Both the position numbers and the translations under genes were made by a program. A stretch of DNA of 64,000 nt from Ginglymostoma cirratum (Eukaryota). Each line of letters opens with the position of its first letter. The stretch's first letter is position 1. This document shows, piece by piece, positions 25,892 through 39,285 of the stretch. The stretch spans positions 4,071,395-4,135,394 of the forward strand of contig JAHRHZ010000251.1 of assembly GCA_024137785.1 (NCBI GenBank), written 5' to 3'. The notes below the pieces were generated by a model. It was not told the DNA's origin and made no database searches. It saw nothing but the letters and a program-made list of their open reading frames with translations.

Positions 25892-25897
25892 ATTAAA
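25892..25897 (+). terminator. Candidate proximal TTC1 polyadenylation signal (ATTAAA); distal AATAAA at 28370-28375
   Basis: Hexamers downstream of the stop, each followed by T-rich sequence; actual usage cannot be determined from DNA. Confidence 0.35.
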
Positions 25898-26235
25898 AGC
25901 ATTTCTTTTTCATATACATAATGCAGAAACTGGCTTTTCCACTGAGCAGATCCATGCTGGCATTTATTATCCTCAGGCATCTTCCCACCCATTCTACCTT
26001 AGTCACCCCAAACAAAACCTTCTGTTGTATTTTCCCTCACTTGTTTATCTAGCTTCCCCTTAACTATATCTCCACTATCTTCCTGAGCAGCAGTTGAGGT
26101 AATAAGTTCAACGTTCAAAGAACTCCATGAGGAAATAATTTCAGTGCGAACTTCCGAAGAAACTTATGATTGGCTATTTTATATTTCTGACTCCTGGTCT
26201 CACCTGCAGCAACGCTGCCGTCTCCTCAACCCCCA

Positions 26236-26241
<6 letters not shown>

Positions 26242-26275
<34 letters not shown>
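26242..26275. repeat. (AC)17 microsatellite
   Basis: Read directly from the sequence. Confidence 0.97.
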
Positions 26276-26277
<2 letters not shown>

Positions 26278-27600
26278 ATGCGCGCATGCACGCATATTCT
26301 GACCTTAATCATGAGCCTGCTATGTAGTACCTTATTAATTAAGGACTTCTTGAGATCCCAGTATATTAAGTCTGCTACATTACCTATATCTATTTTAATT
26401 CATAAATATTCATTCACTTTTATCAAACGAAACTTCTAATTTTGGAACCTGTACTTTATTTTCTTTTGTATTTCTGTTTCTACATGTTTTACTATTGCAT
26501 CTTTGAATAAGGATTCCTTTATCTTTCACACCACTAATGTTAGACGAGTTAACATTGAGCCTGTTCTATCTCCCCATGTTTACAAATAACTTGTCTGCCA
26601 GTTCTGTGACTCTGTTCCTTTCTTATAAGTAATTAGTTCTGAATGTTCCCTATTCTCATTGGCATTTATTTGGACACGATTAGCTAAAATGTATCTCCTT
26701 CTAAGATTGTTCTGCTTGTGACTGTGAGTATGAATGTTCAAATCTGTTGCATTCTGGAAATAATTGAAAGATTCCATTAAACTAAACTTTGTTAGAACTT
26801 GTGACAGGCCAGAGGAATAAAAGTCCTTCATTTATTCAGAAACATAGTCATTGTTCATCCTGACATTCTACAAGCATTGAGGGTGCTCACTGTCTTCTAG
26901 ATTGGAATATGGGTGCTTTTCCTGTTTAAGTAATTGTGTGTTGAACTCTGATAATCTGCTAAATAGTATGAGTTCAAGCTCCGTAATCCATATCCATTTC
27001 CGTTTCCTGCCTCAACAGTTTGTTGTATTCCTTTACCAAGGGGGAGAAGAAATTGCCTTTCCCATTTCTCTTTTTTGTAAAGTTTTAGTCCTCTGTGAAT
27101 TCTGTTATTTGGGAAAAAAAGTAGTTGCAGTTTGAATTGCAAGGAAGTCACATTATTTGTATTTTTACTTGCAGTGTTTGTTTATGCTGTTTGCATCTGC
27201 ATTAATTTGAGGCTTCCTTCAGTTGATTTGATTTCCATTCAAGTCTACTATGTAACCTCGGGTACAATACTGGTTCACATAGACCTCTGATCCTTTCCAG
27301 CAATTGACTATTGACCTCACTCATGACTGCCATCATGCACTGTTGCATAATGCTGTAATGTGTGAAAAAGAAATGTTCGGTGCAAGCCTAGATCTATCAT
27401 GTATTGTTCGCTCATATTGGCAAGGTGCTATCAGAGACCAGTGTTCTCCTACAAAACAAAGTAAAAACAGAAATTGTTGTGATATGTAAAAACTGGGGAA
27501 GAAATAAAATACCCCACTTAAAATTCTGTCTATCACATGGTTTTAGAGATTGCTTTTATGTTTTTGTTAAAGTAGCACTGCCTTGTTTCTTGTTAACTGG

Positions 27601-27930
27601 AATCATAGAATCCTTACAATGTGGAAGCAGGCTATTGGGCCCATCAAGTCCACACCAACACTCCAAAGAGCATACCAACCAGACCCACCTCCCTACCCAA
27701 TCCCTGTTACACTACATTTCCCCTGGCTAATCTACCTAGCCCGCATATCCCTGGACAATTTTACATGGCAAATCCACCTAAACTGCACATCTTAGAACTA
27801 TGGGAGGAAATCCATGCAGACGTGGAGAGAATGTGCAGACTACACACAGGCAGTTGCCTGAGGGTGGTATCCAACCTGGATCCCTGCCGCTGTGAGACAG
27901 CAGCGCTAACCACTGAGCCACTATGCTGCT
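27601..27930 (-). mobile_element. HE1-type SINE
   Basis: Reverse-complement tail ATCATAGAATCCTTACA and head GCTAACCACTGAGCCACTATGCTGC. Confidence 0.88.
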
Positions 27931-30068
27931 CTCAAAGTGATTATAAAATATGAGAAATGCATTAATCATGTGATGTATTCAAAGTAGTTACAAATATTTG
28001 AGGTACGTTTCAAAGCCGCCTTCTCTTTTAAGTTTTGAAGAGGAGCTTACCTTTCATCATTTTTAATTGCTTGTGTTTTAATACAAATTTGCTATTAAAT
28101 GGCTGTCAAAGTTGCCTTGCATTAGTGCATCTTTGGAATCATGTAGAAGTAAGGCTAACAGTTGGCATGAAGCTATTAATAACATTAAGCAAATCCAGTA
28201 CTACTTAGTAATTTCTGGGCCCAAGACCAGTGAAGCAGTTGTGTATTACTTTTATCTTAAAATGTGTTTGAAGCCAACAAGGACCCAGGGCCGTTTCAGA
28301 AGTACTTAAGCAAGGTCTGTCTTTCTGAAGGTTTTTAGAATACTAATTTTAGAATGTTATTTTATCCAGAATAAAAGTTTTATTGATTTCTGCTGTTATA
28401 AGAATGTTGCTTTAATTCTAGCTAATTATGTAATATTGTATCCATTCAAAACTAAGGTGCCCTCAACAGCAGCCTTGGTAGTAAGATGGCAGTGGTTGTA
28501 CACCATTCATGAAGAAAGGTTATATTATGTCTTGATCCTTCAAACGGCCACAACAGCCTGCATATATATACTGGCCTGCCGCATAGCAAAATATCTTTGG
28601 GTGCTTCATGGGTGTTATTGAATGAAGTTTGACACGGAACCACGTAAGGATGTCGGAACAGGTACCAAAAGCTTAGCCAAAAAAAGTAACTTCTAAGGAA
28701 CATCCTGAGAGAGGAGGAAGAGGTAGAAAGTTGGGCTGTCTTAAGAAGGGAATTCCAGAGCTTTGACGCTAGGCAATATGGGACATATAACTGCTCCTGG
28801 TGGAACCTGACACGTTTTTGGATGATATTGCTGAAGGGCAGAAAGCAGATGAGACTCCAGAGGTAGCAGTCCAGAAGCGAGAAAGGAACCCATTGCAGCT
28901 ATTTCATTAAAGGGATGAAAATGGAACTGAGTGAGGACGCTTGCATCCAGCTGGATGATGGGAAAGAGGTGTAGGAAGTGGCTGGCACAGTCAACAGTTG
29001 AAGGTCGCAAACATTAAGGACGGTTTACCATGTTCACAGATACGGAAGTATCATTTATGACTTTTGTAGGATTTTATTTACGACTTTGGTGGGGTGGATG
29101 TGGGAAAAATAATGACTAGAGTTGGGAAGCAATGGCATGTTCAAGCACTTGGAGAGGAAGAGAGAGATGAGTCAGTACCTTGCATGGAGCAGCAGCGGTT
29201 CAACCAGGCTTATGTTTTCAGGGAAATTATGGTTGCAAATTTGAAAGAAAAGTGGACCATACTAGGAGAAAATGCTATGGTCCTTGTTTTAATTTGTATC
29301 GGTTTTCACATTTAACTGAATCAGCAGTTATTCTGAAAGGTTGAACATTTTCACAATAAAAATGCTGCCATGTCTATCTCTAGGTTGGTAGTTAATCTGC
29401 ATGGGAAACAATTTAGCCTTTCTTACATTCTAAATGTCTTCAGACAAAATGTATTTTTGATTTCTGTAGTGGAGTAAAGAGAATTCAAAGGAACAAAATA
29501 ACTGAACCAGTGTTTGTCAAATCTTTCCAGTTTTTTTTTGTTTTTAATTCACGCCTTTTGTTGGTGCACAGTAATTCATTTAAACTATTTTTCTCTCAAG
29601 ACATATGACTTGCCTTTCAGTAAATGAAAAACAAACTAACTGTGCTACAAACTCAAAATCATAATTAACTATGCTAAGTGCATGAGATATGGATACTTTT
29701 TAAAGCTGTTTCCCTAAATAGTATGTATTGGTGATATCACAAGAAACCCATTTAACATTATTGAGCTCAGTTTTTTAAAACACAGGAAATTTGCAAGTAA
29801 TTTTTTATAATGCTAAATTAATTCAAAATAAGTTTTTGTTCAAGCTGTTAATCTAAAATAACAACAGTTTCCCCACAAAGCAAGAGGAACATCAAGCAGA
29901 AACCAAGAAACTGACATAGGAACTGCAATGGATGCAGACAGCCAAGTAGGTACACTCACCCGCGTTATAACGTTGATCTTTGTTCCTCCCTTTTTTCAGA
30001 GGAATACTCAAGTTTTCTGAAGGGTTTTACAATTTTGTCACTTTATGAAAGAACCCATTGCCACATTT

Positions 30069-30418
30069 AGGGTGGCACAGTGGCTTAGTGGTTAGCATTG
30101 CTGTCTCACAGTACCGGGGACCCAGGTTCAATTCCACTCTCGGGCGACTGTCTGCATGGAGTTTGCATTTTCTCCTCGTGTCGAGGTGGATTTCTTCCAG
30201 GTGCTTTAGTTTCCTCCAAAGATGTGCAAGTTAGGTGGATTGGCCATGCTAAATTACCCCTTGCTGTCCAGGGATGTGTAGGTTAAGTGTGTTAACCATG
30301 GGAAATGCAGGGTTACAGGGATAGGGTAGGGGGATGGGTCTGGTTGGGATGATCTTCGAAGGGTCGGTATGGACTCACTGGGCCAAATGGCCTCTATCCA
30401 CACTGTAGGGATTATGGT
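30069..30418 (+). mobile_element. HE1-type SINE
   Basis: GGGTGGCACAGTGGCTTAGTGGTTAGCA head, GGTTCAATTCC B-box, V-domain, tail CCACACTGTAGGGATT. Confidence 0.92.
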
Positions 30419-31087
30419 TCTTTTGAGATGTTTGTTTAAATCATTTGTGGCATATAAATGTGCCTAAGCAAAACCAGCATTTATTGTCCATCCCAATTGC
30501 TCCTGATGTATTGTTAGCAGTGTCAAAAACAGTGACTCCCTATCATTCAGGGATTAGTACACCCACAGAGCTGTTACAGACTGAGTTCTAGGATTTTGTC
30601 CCAGCAATAGTGAAGAAACAAAAATACAGTTCCAAGTCAAAATGTTGTATGATTTGGGGAGGAACTTGTAGGTGGTGAGATTCCCATTCATCTGCTCTTC
30701 TAGGTGCTATAGATCACAGGTTTGGAAGCTGCTGTTGAAGGAATCTTGGAAATTCCTTCAGTGTAGATGGTGTACACTTGTTGCTTGGTGCGTGGGGGGA
30801 GTGAATGTTTAAGGTGACAGTGGGTTGCTGATATAGTTGCTGCCTAAGAGTCATTGAGGTCTACAGCATAGAAAATGACCTTTCAGTCCATTGAATCTGT
30901 ACCAGTCTAAAATGTCTATTGAATATTTTAATCCCAGATCTAATCCCTTATTCTGGTTTGTTGTGAACTATAAGGTAGTGCACTTGTAAGAAATAAGGGA
31001 GTGGAACAGCATAAGTTTAGAATGATCTGTGTCTCTGTAGATTACAAGTTTGTAGGCTTCAAGTGTTCTTTATATGTACAGTTTATG

Positions 31088-33212
31088 GTCTGATGTGTAA
31101 TGGGGTAGACTTGATTATAGAGCTTATAGCCAAGGAACTCCTAGGGTCAGTGACCATAATATAGAATTCACCTTGCAGTTTGGGAGGGAAGAACTGGCCA
31201 GAGTTGATTAGAAGGGGAGGCTATTGGAGAAGACAGTGGAGCACCAACGGCATCAGTGTCTGGGGGTAATTTGTGAGGCACAGCAGAAATTCATCCCAGG
31301 CGAGAAGAATATACAAAAGGGAGGATGAGAAAACATAGTAGACAAGGGAAGTCAGGGACAGTATAAAACCAAAAGAAAAAAACATTCAAAGTATTGAAGA
31401 TTAGTGGGAAGCCTTTAAAAACCAGCAAGGGATAACTTTTTTAAAAAAAACAATGATGGCGGCAAGATGAAATATGAGGGTGAGCTAGCTTGTAATATAA
31501 AAGAAAATTGCAAGAACCATGAAAGGTAAGAGAAAGGCAAGAGTGGCTATTGGACTGCTACAAAATGAGACTGGAGTAAAAGAAATGGCAGAGAACTGAA
31601 TAGGTACTTTGCATCAGTTTTCACAGTGGAAGACACTGCAGCATACCAGAATTTTAAGAGACCCAAGAGTAGAGGTGAGTGTAATGGCTATCAGTATGGA
31701 GAAGGTGCTGGGGAATCTGAAAGATCTGAAGGGGATAAATCACCCAGACCAGATGGGCCACACACCAGAGTTCTGAAGGAGATAGCTGCGGAAATTGTAG
31801 AGACGTCGCTGGTGATCTTTCAGGAATCACTGGAGTCAGGGAGGATCCCAGAGGACTGGAAAATGGCAAATGTAACATTCCTGTGTAAGAAAGGAGGGAG
31901 GCAAAAGACAGGAAACTATAGGTGGGTTAGTCTGACCTCGGTCATTGGTAAGATTTTGAACTCCATTATTTAGAATAAGACTGTGGAGTACTTCAAAGTG
32001 TATGGCCAAATAGAGTGGATTCAGCAAGGCTTCATCAAGGGGAGGTCATGCCTGATAATCTGTTAGCATTCATTCAGGAAGTACCAAGCAGGTTAGACAA
32101 AGGAGAGCCAGTGGATGTCATTTATTTGGATTTCCAGAAGCAATATGACAAGATCCCATAAACAAGGCTGTTAAATAAAAGCCTGTGGTGATAACGGCAA
32201 GGTGATGGCATAGATAGAGAATTGGCTGACTGGCAAGAGGCGGAGAGTAGAGATAAAGTGGTCTTGTTCAGGATTGTAGCCAGTGACTAGTACAGTTCTG
32301 CAGAGGTGTGTGTTGAGACCACAACTATTCCTGTTATACATTAACAATCTGGATGACGGAACTGAGGGCATTGTTGCTAAGTTTGCAGATGACACAAAGA
32401 TAGGTGGAGGGACAGGTAAGTGTTGAGGAAGCTGGGAGGCAGCAGAAGGACTTGGACAGGATAGAAGAACAGAGATGTAGACTGTATTCTAAACGGGAAA
32501 GGGCTTTGGAAATCTGAAACCTAGAAGGGACTTTGGAGTCCTAGTTCAAGATTCTTTTAAAGTTAACATTGCAGGTTCAGTTGACAGGAAAGCAAATGTA
32601 ATGTTAGCATTTATTTTGAGAGGGTCAGAACACGAGCAGAGATGTACTTCTGTGGCTGCACAGGGCTCTGGTAAGACTACATTTAAAATATTTGGAGCAG
32701 TTTTGCACTCTGTCTCTAAGGAATCATGTGCTGGTGTTGGAGGGGGTTCTAGAGGAGGTTTACAAGAATGAATCTGGGGATGAAGGGCTTGCCATATGGA
32801 GCAGTTGAGCAGTCTATGTCTGTAATCAGTGGAATTTAGAAGGATGAGGGTGAAGATCTGAGTGAAACTTACAGAATACTGAGGGGCCTGGTTAGAGTGG
32901 CCATAGAGAATATGTTTCCAGTAGTAAGAGAGACTAGGACCTGAGGGCACAATCTCAGTGAAGGGACAACCCTTTAGAACTGAGATGAGGAATTTCTTCA
33001 GCCAGAGTGTGGTTCATGTGTGAAACTCACTGCTTCAGAAAGCTGTGGAGACCAAATCATTGAGTGAATTTAAGAAAATGGTAGGTTTTGTTCAGTAAGG
33101 CGATCAAAGATTACGGGGAGAAAGCAGGAGAATAGGATTGAGAAACCTATCCGACATGATCAAATGGTGGAGGGGACCGAATGGCCTAATTCTGTTCCTT
33201 TATGTTATATCT
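31088..33212 (+). mobile_element. Long decayed CR1 LINE ORF2 fragment (end of endonuclease through RT to 3' tail)
   Basis: DKSPRPDGPHTRVLKE, IPEDWKMANV, GNYRWVSLTSVIGK, YLDFQK, KFADDTK; multiple stops and frameshifts. Confidence 0.92.
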
Positions 33213-34277
33213 TTTAGTGTTTAAGGAGTATTAAACAAGATTCTTAACCTGTTTCTGCATTCTAACTTTGTGGGATCTAAATGTGTCTTGTGTCATTTTA
33301 ACTTTTTCCAAAATTAGGAACCATTTGTGTCACTAATTGATTTCCGGACAGAATCTGTACAATGTCTGTTCTAAATGGTATATATCATATTGTCGTTCTT
33401 TGCTTCATGCTTGTACTTGTGGTTCAAAAACCTAACCTGGTTTGTCAATTGCGGCAGCCCTTGGCTATTGGCAATTCCTTTGAAAAGTGATTTTCGAACA
33501 TTCTCCTCTGCTCACAGTAATTTCCTAAATGCTTTTATATTTATAAACTTGAGTTCCAGGCTTACATTTCTCTGATTCTTGCTGGTCTTTCATGGTGATC
33601 CTCTAAATAATCTTAATATTTAAAGAAATGAGCTGGATTCTGTAAATTAACTTAACTACAACATGGCATTTATTTCTGGTGGTGGTTTTCTGTCTCTTGA
33701 TTCCCTTTGACTAACACACCTTGGTTCATTTGCTGTGGTTGTAGTCACAATTTCTACTCAAGTATCCTTACCTAATTCCATGTACACTGCATTCTAAATC
33801 AGCTTTTCAGCAACAGTTTATTTCAACTGTTTTCTTTAGCATACTGTTTGTAAATGCATTATTATATTAACAGATATTTTTCTTAGATGGATATAATTTG
33901 TCAAACTAGAATCTAGTGAGTTCAAGAACATTGAAATGACTGATCATAGGACCATTCATCATAGAATCAACTCCATTTTGTTCATTTCTTCTTATGGACA
34001 TGGGAGTAAGGCAGATTGAACTTGCCTATTCTCACTTCTGTCTGTAAAGTGTATGTTTTTATATTTATGAAGTCATTTTAAAAACGACCTCTGCGTGAAC
34101 AGTTTGAATAAATAATATTTTTGACTTTCAATCCAAGGTGGTCTTCGCACCTTTTAACTTGCACACAAACATGTGCATGCATTAGAAGCAGGAAAAACAA
34201 ACTTTTTAACCATAAATATTAACATAAAGAATTTAGATTTTAACATTCATTATTGTCGTTAAACTTCCTGTACTAAA

Positions 34278-35676
34278 TGTTATGATCCCAGCTGATGTTG
34301 TTACTGGACAAGTTAGATCCCAGACTGAAATGTGGCTTCATAGAGATGTGCAGCACGGACACAGACCCTTCGGTCCAACTTGTTTATGCCGACCAGATAT
34401 TCTATATTAATTTACTGCCATTGCCAGCATTTGGCCCGTGTACCAGCTTCCACCACTTCCTCTGGCAGCTCGTTCCATACCGGCACCACCCTCTTCATGA
34501 AAAAGTTGCCCCTTAGGTCCCTTTTTAAATCTTCCCCTCTTACCTTAAACGTACGCCCTTTTAGTTTGTGATCTGGGATCCGGTCTGTGCGATTATGATC
34601 CACTGAATGTATATGCGATCTAGAATCCAGTCTCTCTGAGTATGCTGTACTGTGTGAATCAATAAAACCAAAGTTTATTGCACAAAAAAGTTATTTACAA
34701 TGTTTTCTACATTAAGTGCAGTTTGACAGATTTCAAAACGTGACAAAACAAAATCTTATCAATCCCAACACCATTAATTTACACTCACATGCTAGAGAAA
34801 ATGTTCTCTTTTCTAGTGCATTTATAAGTTTGAGTGAACTGTTTCTTTCAATTTCCAGTCTTAAAAATTTCATAGCCTTTTTTAAATTATTCACACAATT
34901 ACATGTAAGTTTTCTTAACTTCAAATCATCCATTCAGTGTGGGAAATTGATTTAGGCACTTACTTTGATTTTGCAGGGTAATACATCTCCCTCTCCTGCT
35001 ACATATCCAAGGTAAACACCATGGCCTTAGCAACTTTGTTTTTCATCAAGTTTACTGCAAGGTTTGCCACTAGATCGGTGCCTCCAGGTGGTCAAAGTGA
35101 TAACTCCAGATATTGCTGATATATGAGCCATCTTGAATGACAAAGCTGAGAGTTCTCTCCCTCTGGGTTAAAGGGAACTTGCCAGTAGACCCATCTGGAT
35201 TGTATAGTCCTTAATGTATGAGATTGCGTGGGATCTAGTCATTGCATTTGCTTTCTATAATGTAGATCTGTTTTGATCCATTTGGCTTCAGGAGCAATAC
35301 TGAAGGGAAACTTCAGCTCTTCTGGCTGAGTTGTCTAGTCGTCTAGTGTATGGAGGATTTTCTCCCTGACATGGGCCAACACGTTAGGCTCAGCCATAAT
35401 AATCTTATTTGGATAAACCAGTGAAGGGTCATAAGAACAGATAACATGGTAGATTCTGGGAGGGGAGAAGAAGTCTGGATTATCCAAATAATTCATCAGC
35501 TGCTTACTGATCAAACAGTAAGATACTGGCTCAGATTTTGCAGTCATCAATGAAGTGGAAACGCATATCTGCTGATTATATTTAACATCACATTTTTATT
35601 TTGTAGACTGTAGCTCTCCTGGCTGCAGCATGAATCAAGCTGATGTATTGAGCTGAAGACCTGTAGCTCCGTGACA
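34278..35676. mobile_element. Candidate solo-LTR-like element, with a CR1 tail fragment nested at about 34340-34570
   Basis: Starts TGTTATGATCCCAGCTGA like 16231 and possibly ends CGTGACA; the nested piece reads RDLRGNFFMKRVVPVWNELPEEVVEAG on the minus strand. Confidence 0.35.
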
Positions 35677-36039
35677 GGTAAATGTAAATTGAATCCTTGC
35701 TCTTACCTTTAATTCCAAACGCCCAACACCCACTCGTCCCAGAGCTCTACTACTTTGTTCAACCCACACTTGCAAAGAATATCAAAATCAGCAAAGTATA
35801 TTTTCACAATGACATTGATAAAAAGAGGGTGGGCTTCTTAAACTGACATGGTGACATTATTATAGAAGGCAAGGATAAGACAGGCATGCTTGAATTGCTT
35901 TCTCCTATGTCAGTATTTGCAATACAGAAAGAGGTCGGCATGCCAGACCTCCCCAGGAAACTAATGTTGGACTGTGGACAGGGTCTCACTGCTGTTAATG
36001 TAGACAAAATAATTAAATAATGCTCTGAAAGAGTGGTAA

Positions 36040-36780
36040 ATCCCCTGAATCAGACAGACCGTTTCCAAGAGGTGGATAAAGTTGTGTGCAGGTCAATGTC
36101 TAGAGATCTAGTTTGTGTGGACTCCCATCAAGCATTTGATAAAGTTGTTCACAAGAGACTTCAATTCAGCTTCAACTTTAGGTTAAAGGTAAATTACCAA
36201 CATTTAGGAAGTTGTTTGCACAGGAGACAGCAGAGCTGACAGGCTGATGATCTAATTGGCATGATGTGCCTAGAGTTTCCAGAAGGATCTGTTTGAGGCC
36301 TCCACTATTTACAGTAATCACTAGTGATCTAGACAATGTGATAGAAATCCATATATGCGAATTTCCTAATGTCACTAGGATAGATGGCATGGTCAGTGTC
36401 AATGGAAGCTGAAAGTTACAAAGATATTGATAGATTAAATGAATGAGTAAAATCATGGCAAATAGATTTCAGTGCAGGCACTTCGAACCTAAAACGGCAT
36501 TTAGCGTATGTTTTGCTGCCTGAAAAGCTAAAAACAGTGAAGGTCCAAAATCCAGCTGTATAGCTTATTAAAAGGTACAGAAAATAATTTTAAAAATCGA
36601 ATAGAATATTGGCCTTTATGTTTATAGAACTAAAATACAAGGTTCGGGAAGTTATGTTTTAGGTGTATAAAACACTGGTTAAACCAACGTGGAGTATTGC
36701 ATGCAGTTCTGGAAGTGCATATAAGAAAGGACATAATAGCCTGAGAGAGAGTAAGTTACCAGCGTGAAACACCAGAATAA
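36040..36780 (+). mobile_element. Highly decayed CR1 RT fragment
   Basis: DSHQAFDKVVHKRL and later YKTLVKP-like motifs. Confidence 0.65.
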
Positions 36781-36864
36781 AGTTATAAGATGTAAAAGTA
36801 GGTTATTTGGCCCATCGAGTCTGCTTTGCCATTCAGTGCAATTGGGCTAACCTGATAATTCTCA

Positions 36865-36957
36865 GGACGGGTCACCGGACCTGAAACATTAACTCTGTTT
36901 TTTCCTTTACAGATGCTGCCAGACCTGCTGAGCTTTTCCAGCAACTTTGTTTTTGTT
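36865..36957 (+). mobile_element. Penelope-like 3' terminal fragment (second subfamily) nested in a CR1 tail
   Basis: GAAACATTAACTCTG...GATGCTGCCAGACCTGCTGAG; perfect 14-bp duplication CCTGATAATTCTCA (36851-36864, 36958-36971). Confidence 0.8.
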
Positions 36958-37400
36958 CCTGATAATTCTCAACTCCACTTTCCTGTTTTACCCCCATAAC
37001 ACTACTTACTGATTAAAAATCCGTCTATCTCAGCCTCAGACAATCCAGCCTTGACAGCCCTCTGTGGTAAAGAATTCCACAGGTTGGTTACCTTTATAAG
37101 GGGGGGGGAAAAGAATCATTTCACACTAGGATGGCATTCCATCAAATTTGGGAGGTTAAAGGGTGATTTCATCAAAGTTTTTTGTTAGGGGAACAAGGAT
37201 AGTCAGGGAACCTTTCCTCTCCTTTGGGAGTCTAGGAGCAGGCAGCATAAACGAAAATTTGAGCCAAATATAGAGTTAACTTGGGCAATACTTACACACC
37301 TTATTTGAAATGTAATAAGACAAATATGACTGCCGATGGCAGGACAGGAGGGTGCTACTTTAACTCTAGTGTCAGGAGCTGCAGTGCATACATAGTGGTT

Positions 37401-37735
37401 GGGAGCGGCACGGTGGCTCAGTGGTTAGCACTGTTGCCTTACAGCGCCAGGGACCTGGGTTCAATTCCGCCCTCGGGTGACTGTGCAAACTCCACACAGA
37501 CATTCTCCCCATGTCTGTATGGGTTTCCTCCAGGTGCTCTGGTTTCCTCCCACAGTCCAAACATGTGCAGGCTAGGTGGGTTGGCCATGCTGAATTGCCT
37601 GTAGTGTTCAGTGATGTGTAGCTTAGGTGGGCTATAGGGGGATGGGTCTGGGTGGGATGCTGCAAGGATCATAGTGGATTTGTTTGGCTGAAGGGCATGA
37701 TTCCACACTAGGGATTCTATGATTCTATTCTATTG
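37401..37735 (+). mobile_element. HE1-type SINE (well preserved)
   Basis: GCGGCACGGTGGCTCAGTGGTTAGCA A-box, GGTTCAATTCC B-box, V-domain, (ATTCT)n tail. Confidence 0.93.
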
Positions 37736-37984
37736 TATGCTCAATGCAAATTGTGTGTGTGTAGAGTAGGCACATGTCCCACCTGTAATTGTGTGATGGT
37801 ATGGAATTGCTCTCCCTAGCCTGCTACAGTAGCTGATGATTTGTTGCAAGTTCAACATAAATGTCTTTAAAAAATTAAGCATTGAAGGCGTAAAGGTGGT
37901 ATGGCTGACGTTACAGTATGTTCCAATGCTATTCTAGGTACATAGAGTATATAGATATCACAATACATTTTGTTCACTTGATTA

Positions 37985-38395
37985 ATTGATAGGAAGGTAA
38001 TGGGAGTGGAGTGTGGATGGGGAAGGGCTGTGGGGGAGCGAGGGATGTGGCTGGAGGGTGCGGTGTGGATGTGAGTAGGCTGGGGTGGGGGGGAGGAGGG
38101 GTGCAGGGGTTGGTGAGGGAGAGAAGCAGCGTGTGGATGAAAGTGTAGTTGGGGGAGGGAAGTTGTGGATAAGAGGAGGGTGATGGGGAAGGGCTGTGAG
38201 AGAAAAGTTCTGGAATGGGAAGAACTGTGGATTCAAGAAGGGTGATGGGGAAGGGTGTGTGTGGATACAGGATTGTTGGGGCAGGGATTGTGAATGAGGG
38301 AGGGCGATGGGGACGTAGTAAGGAAATGATAGGGGCAGTATTAGAATGTTTGATTGAGGTGATTTGAAAATAGTGCTGGAGGTGGACAAGGTGCA
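37985..38395 (+). repeat. G-rich low-complexity tract
   Basis: Repeated GATGGGGAAGGG and GTGTGGAT units with a strong G skew; the Pro/Ser/His-rich minus-strand ORFs here are artefacts. Confidence 0.75.
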
Positions 38396-38481
38396 TTCAG
38401 GCTTGGGCGCAAAGAGTAGGAGGCAGTGAAGACATGGAAAACCTTTGAAAATTTTTGTAATTAACCAGGAGAAGTCATGTT

Positions 38482-38762
38482 AGAATGGTAGTGTCACTGG
38501 ATAAGTGTTCCAGAGGCCCAGGATAATGCAATGGAGACGTGGGTTCAAATCCCAGTGAAACTTGAATTTAATTTTTTTAAAATCTGGAATGTTTTTGTAC
38601 TGGTGGCCATGTAACCGCTGTTAATTATAAAAATTCATCATGTTCACTAGTGCCCTTCAGGGAAGGAAATCTGCTTTTCTTACCCAGTCTGGCCTACATG
38701 TGACTCCAGACCCACAGTAGTATGATTGACTTTTAACCGCCCTCTGAAATGGCCAAGTGAGA
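38482..38762 (+). mobile_element. tRNA-derived SINE (fourth family)
   Basis: TGGTAGTGTCACTGGA head, GGGTTCAAATCCCA B-box, GGCCTACATGTGACTCCAGACCCACAG body; reverse copy at about 54540-55068. Confidence 0.7.
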
Positions 38763-38803
38763 TACTTGTATTGAAACATTCAGTTTCGTTCCTTTCATCA
38801 GGC

Positions 38804-39285
38804 TTAGTAGTCAGACTGGAAGGTTTGAGTTATAAGGAGGTTAGATAGGCTGGGACTTTTTCCTTGGAGCATAGGAAGCTGAAGTATGACCTTATAGAGG
38901 TTTATAAAATCATGAAGGGAACAGATGAGTTGAATTGTCAAGGTCTTTTCCCGAGGGTGGGAAAGTCCAAAACTAGAGAGCATAAGTTTATGGTGAACAA
39001 GGGAAGATTTAAAAGGGACCTGAGGGACAACAATCTCACATGGTGGAGCTGCAGGGGGTAGGTTGGGGGAGCCGCCACATCGAGGAGGAAAGAGTGCATA
39101 TATGGAATGAGCTGCCAGTGGAAGTGGTAGAGGTGCATACATTTAAAAGACATTTGGACAAGTACATAGGTAGGAAAGGTTTAGAAGGATATTGGTCAAA
39201 CGCAGTGAAATTAGACCAATTCAGCTTAGCAAACCTTGACGTGGACAGGTTGGGCTGAAGAACTTGTTTCCTGTGCATTATGTAC
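38804..39285 (+). mobile_element. CR1 (HER1-like) LINE 3' fragment
   Basis: EHRKLKYDLIEVYKIMKG and WNELPVEVVE...FKRHLDKY. Confidence 0.88.

Noticed and set aside
29950-30005. Strong minus-strand donor (CGG|GTGAGT) next to a strong plus-strand acceptor (CCTTTTTTCAG)
   Set aside because: No partner splice sites or coding signal found; compatible with chance.
37401-37475. tRNA-like A and B boxes (also at 30069, 21458, 60540-60619)
   Set aside because: These are SINE heads continuous with the V-domain and tail, not tRNA genes.
37974-38396. Pro/Ser/His-rich ORFs of 135-140 aa
   Set aside because: By-product of a G-rich low-complexity tract.
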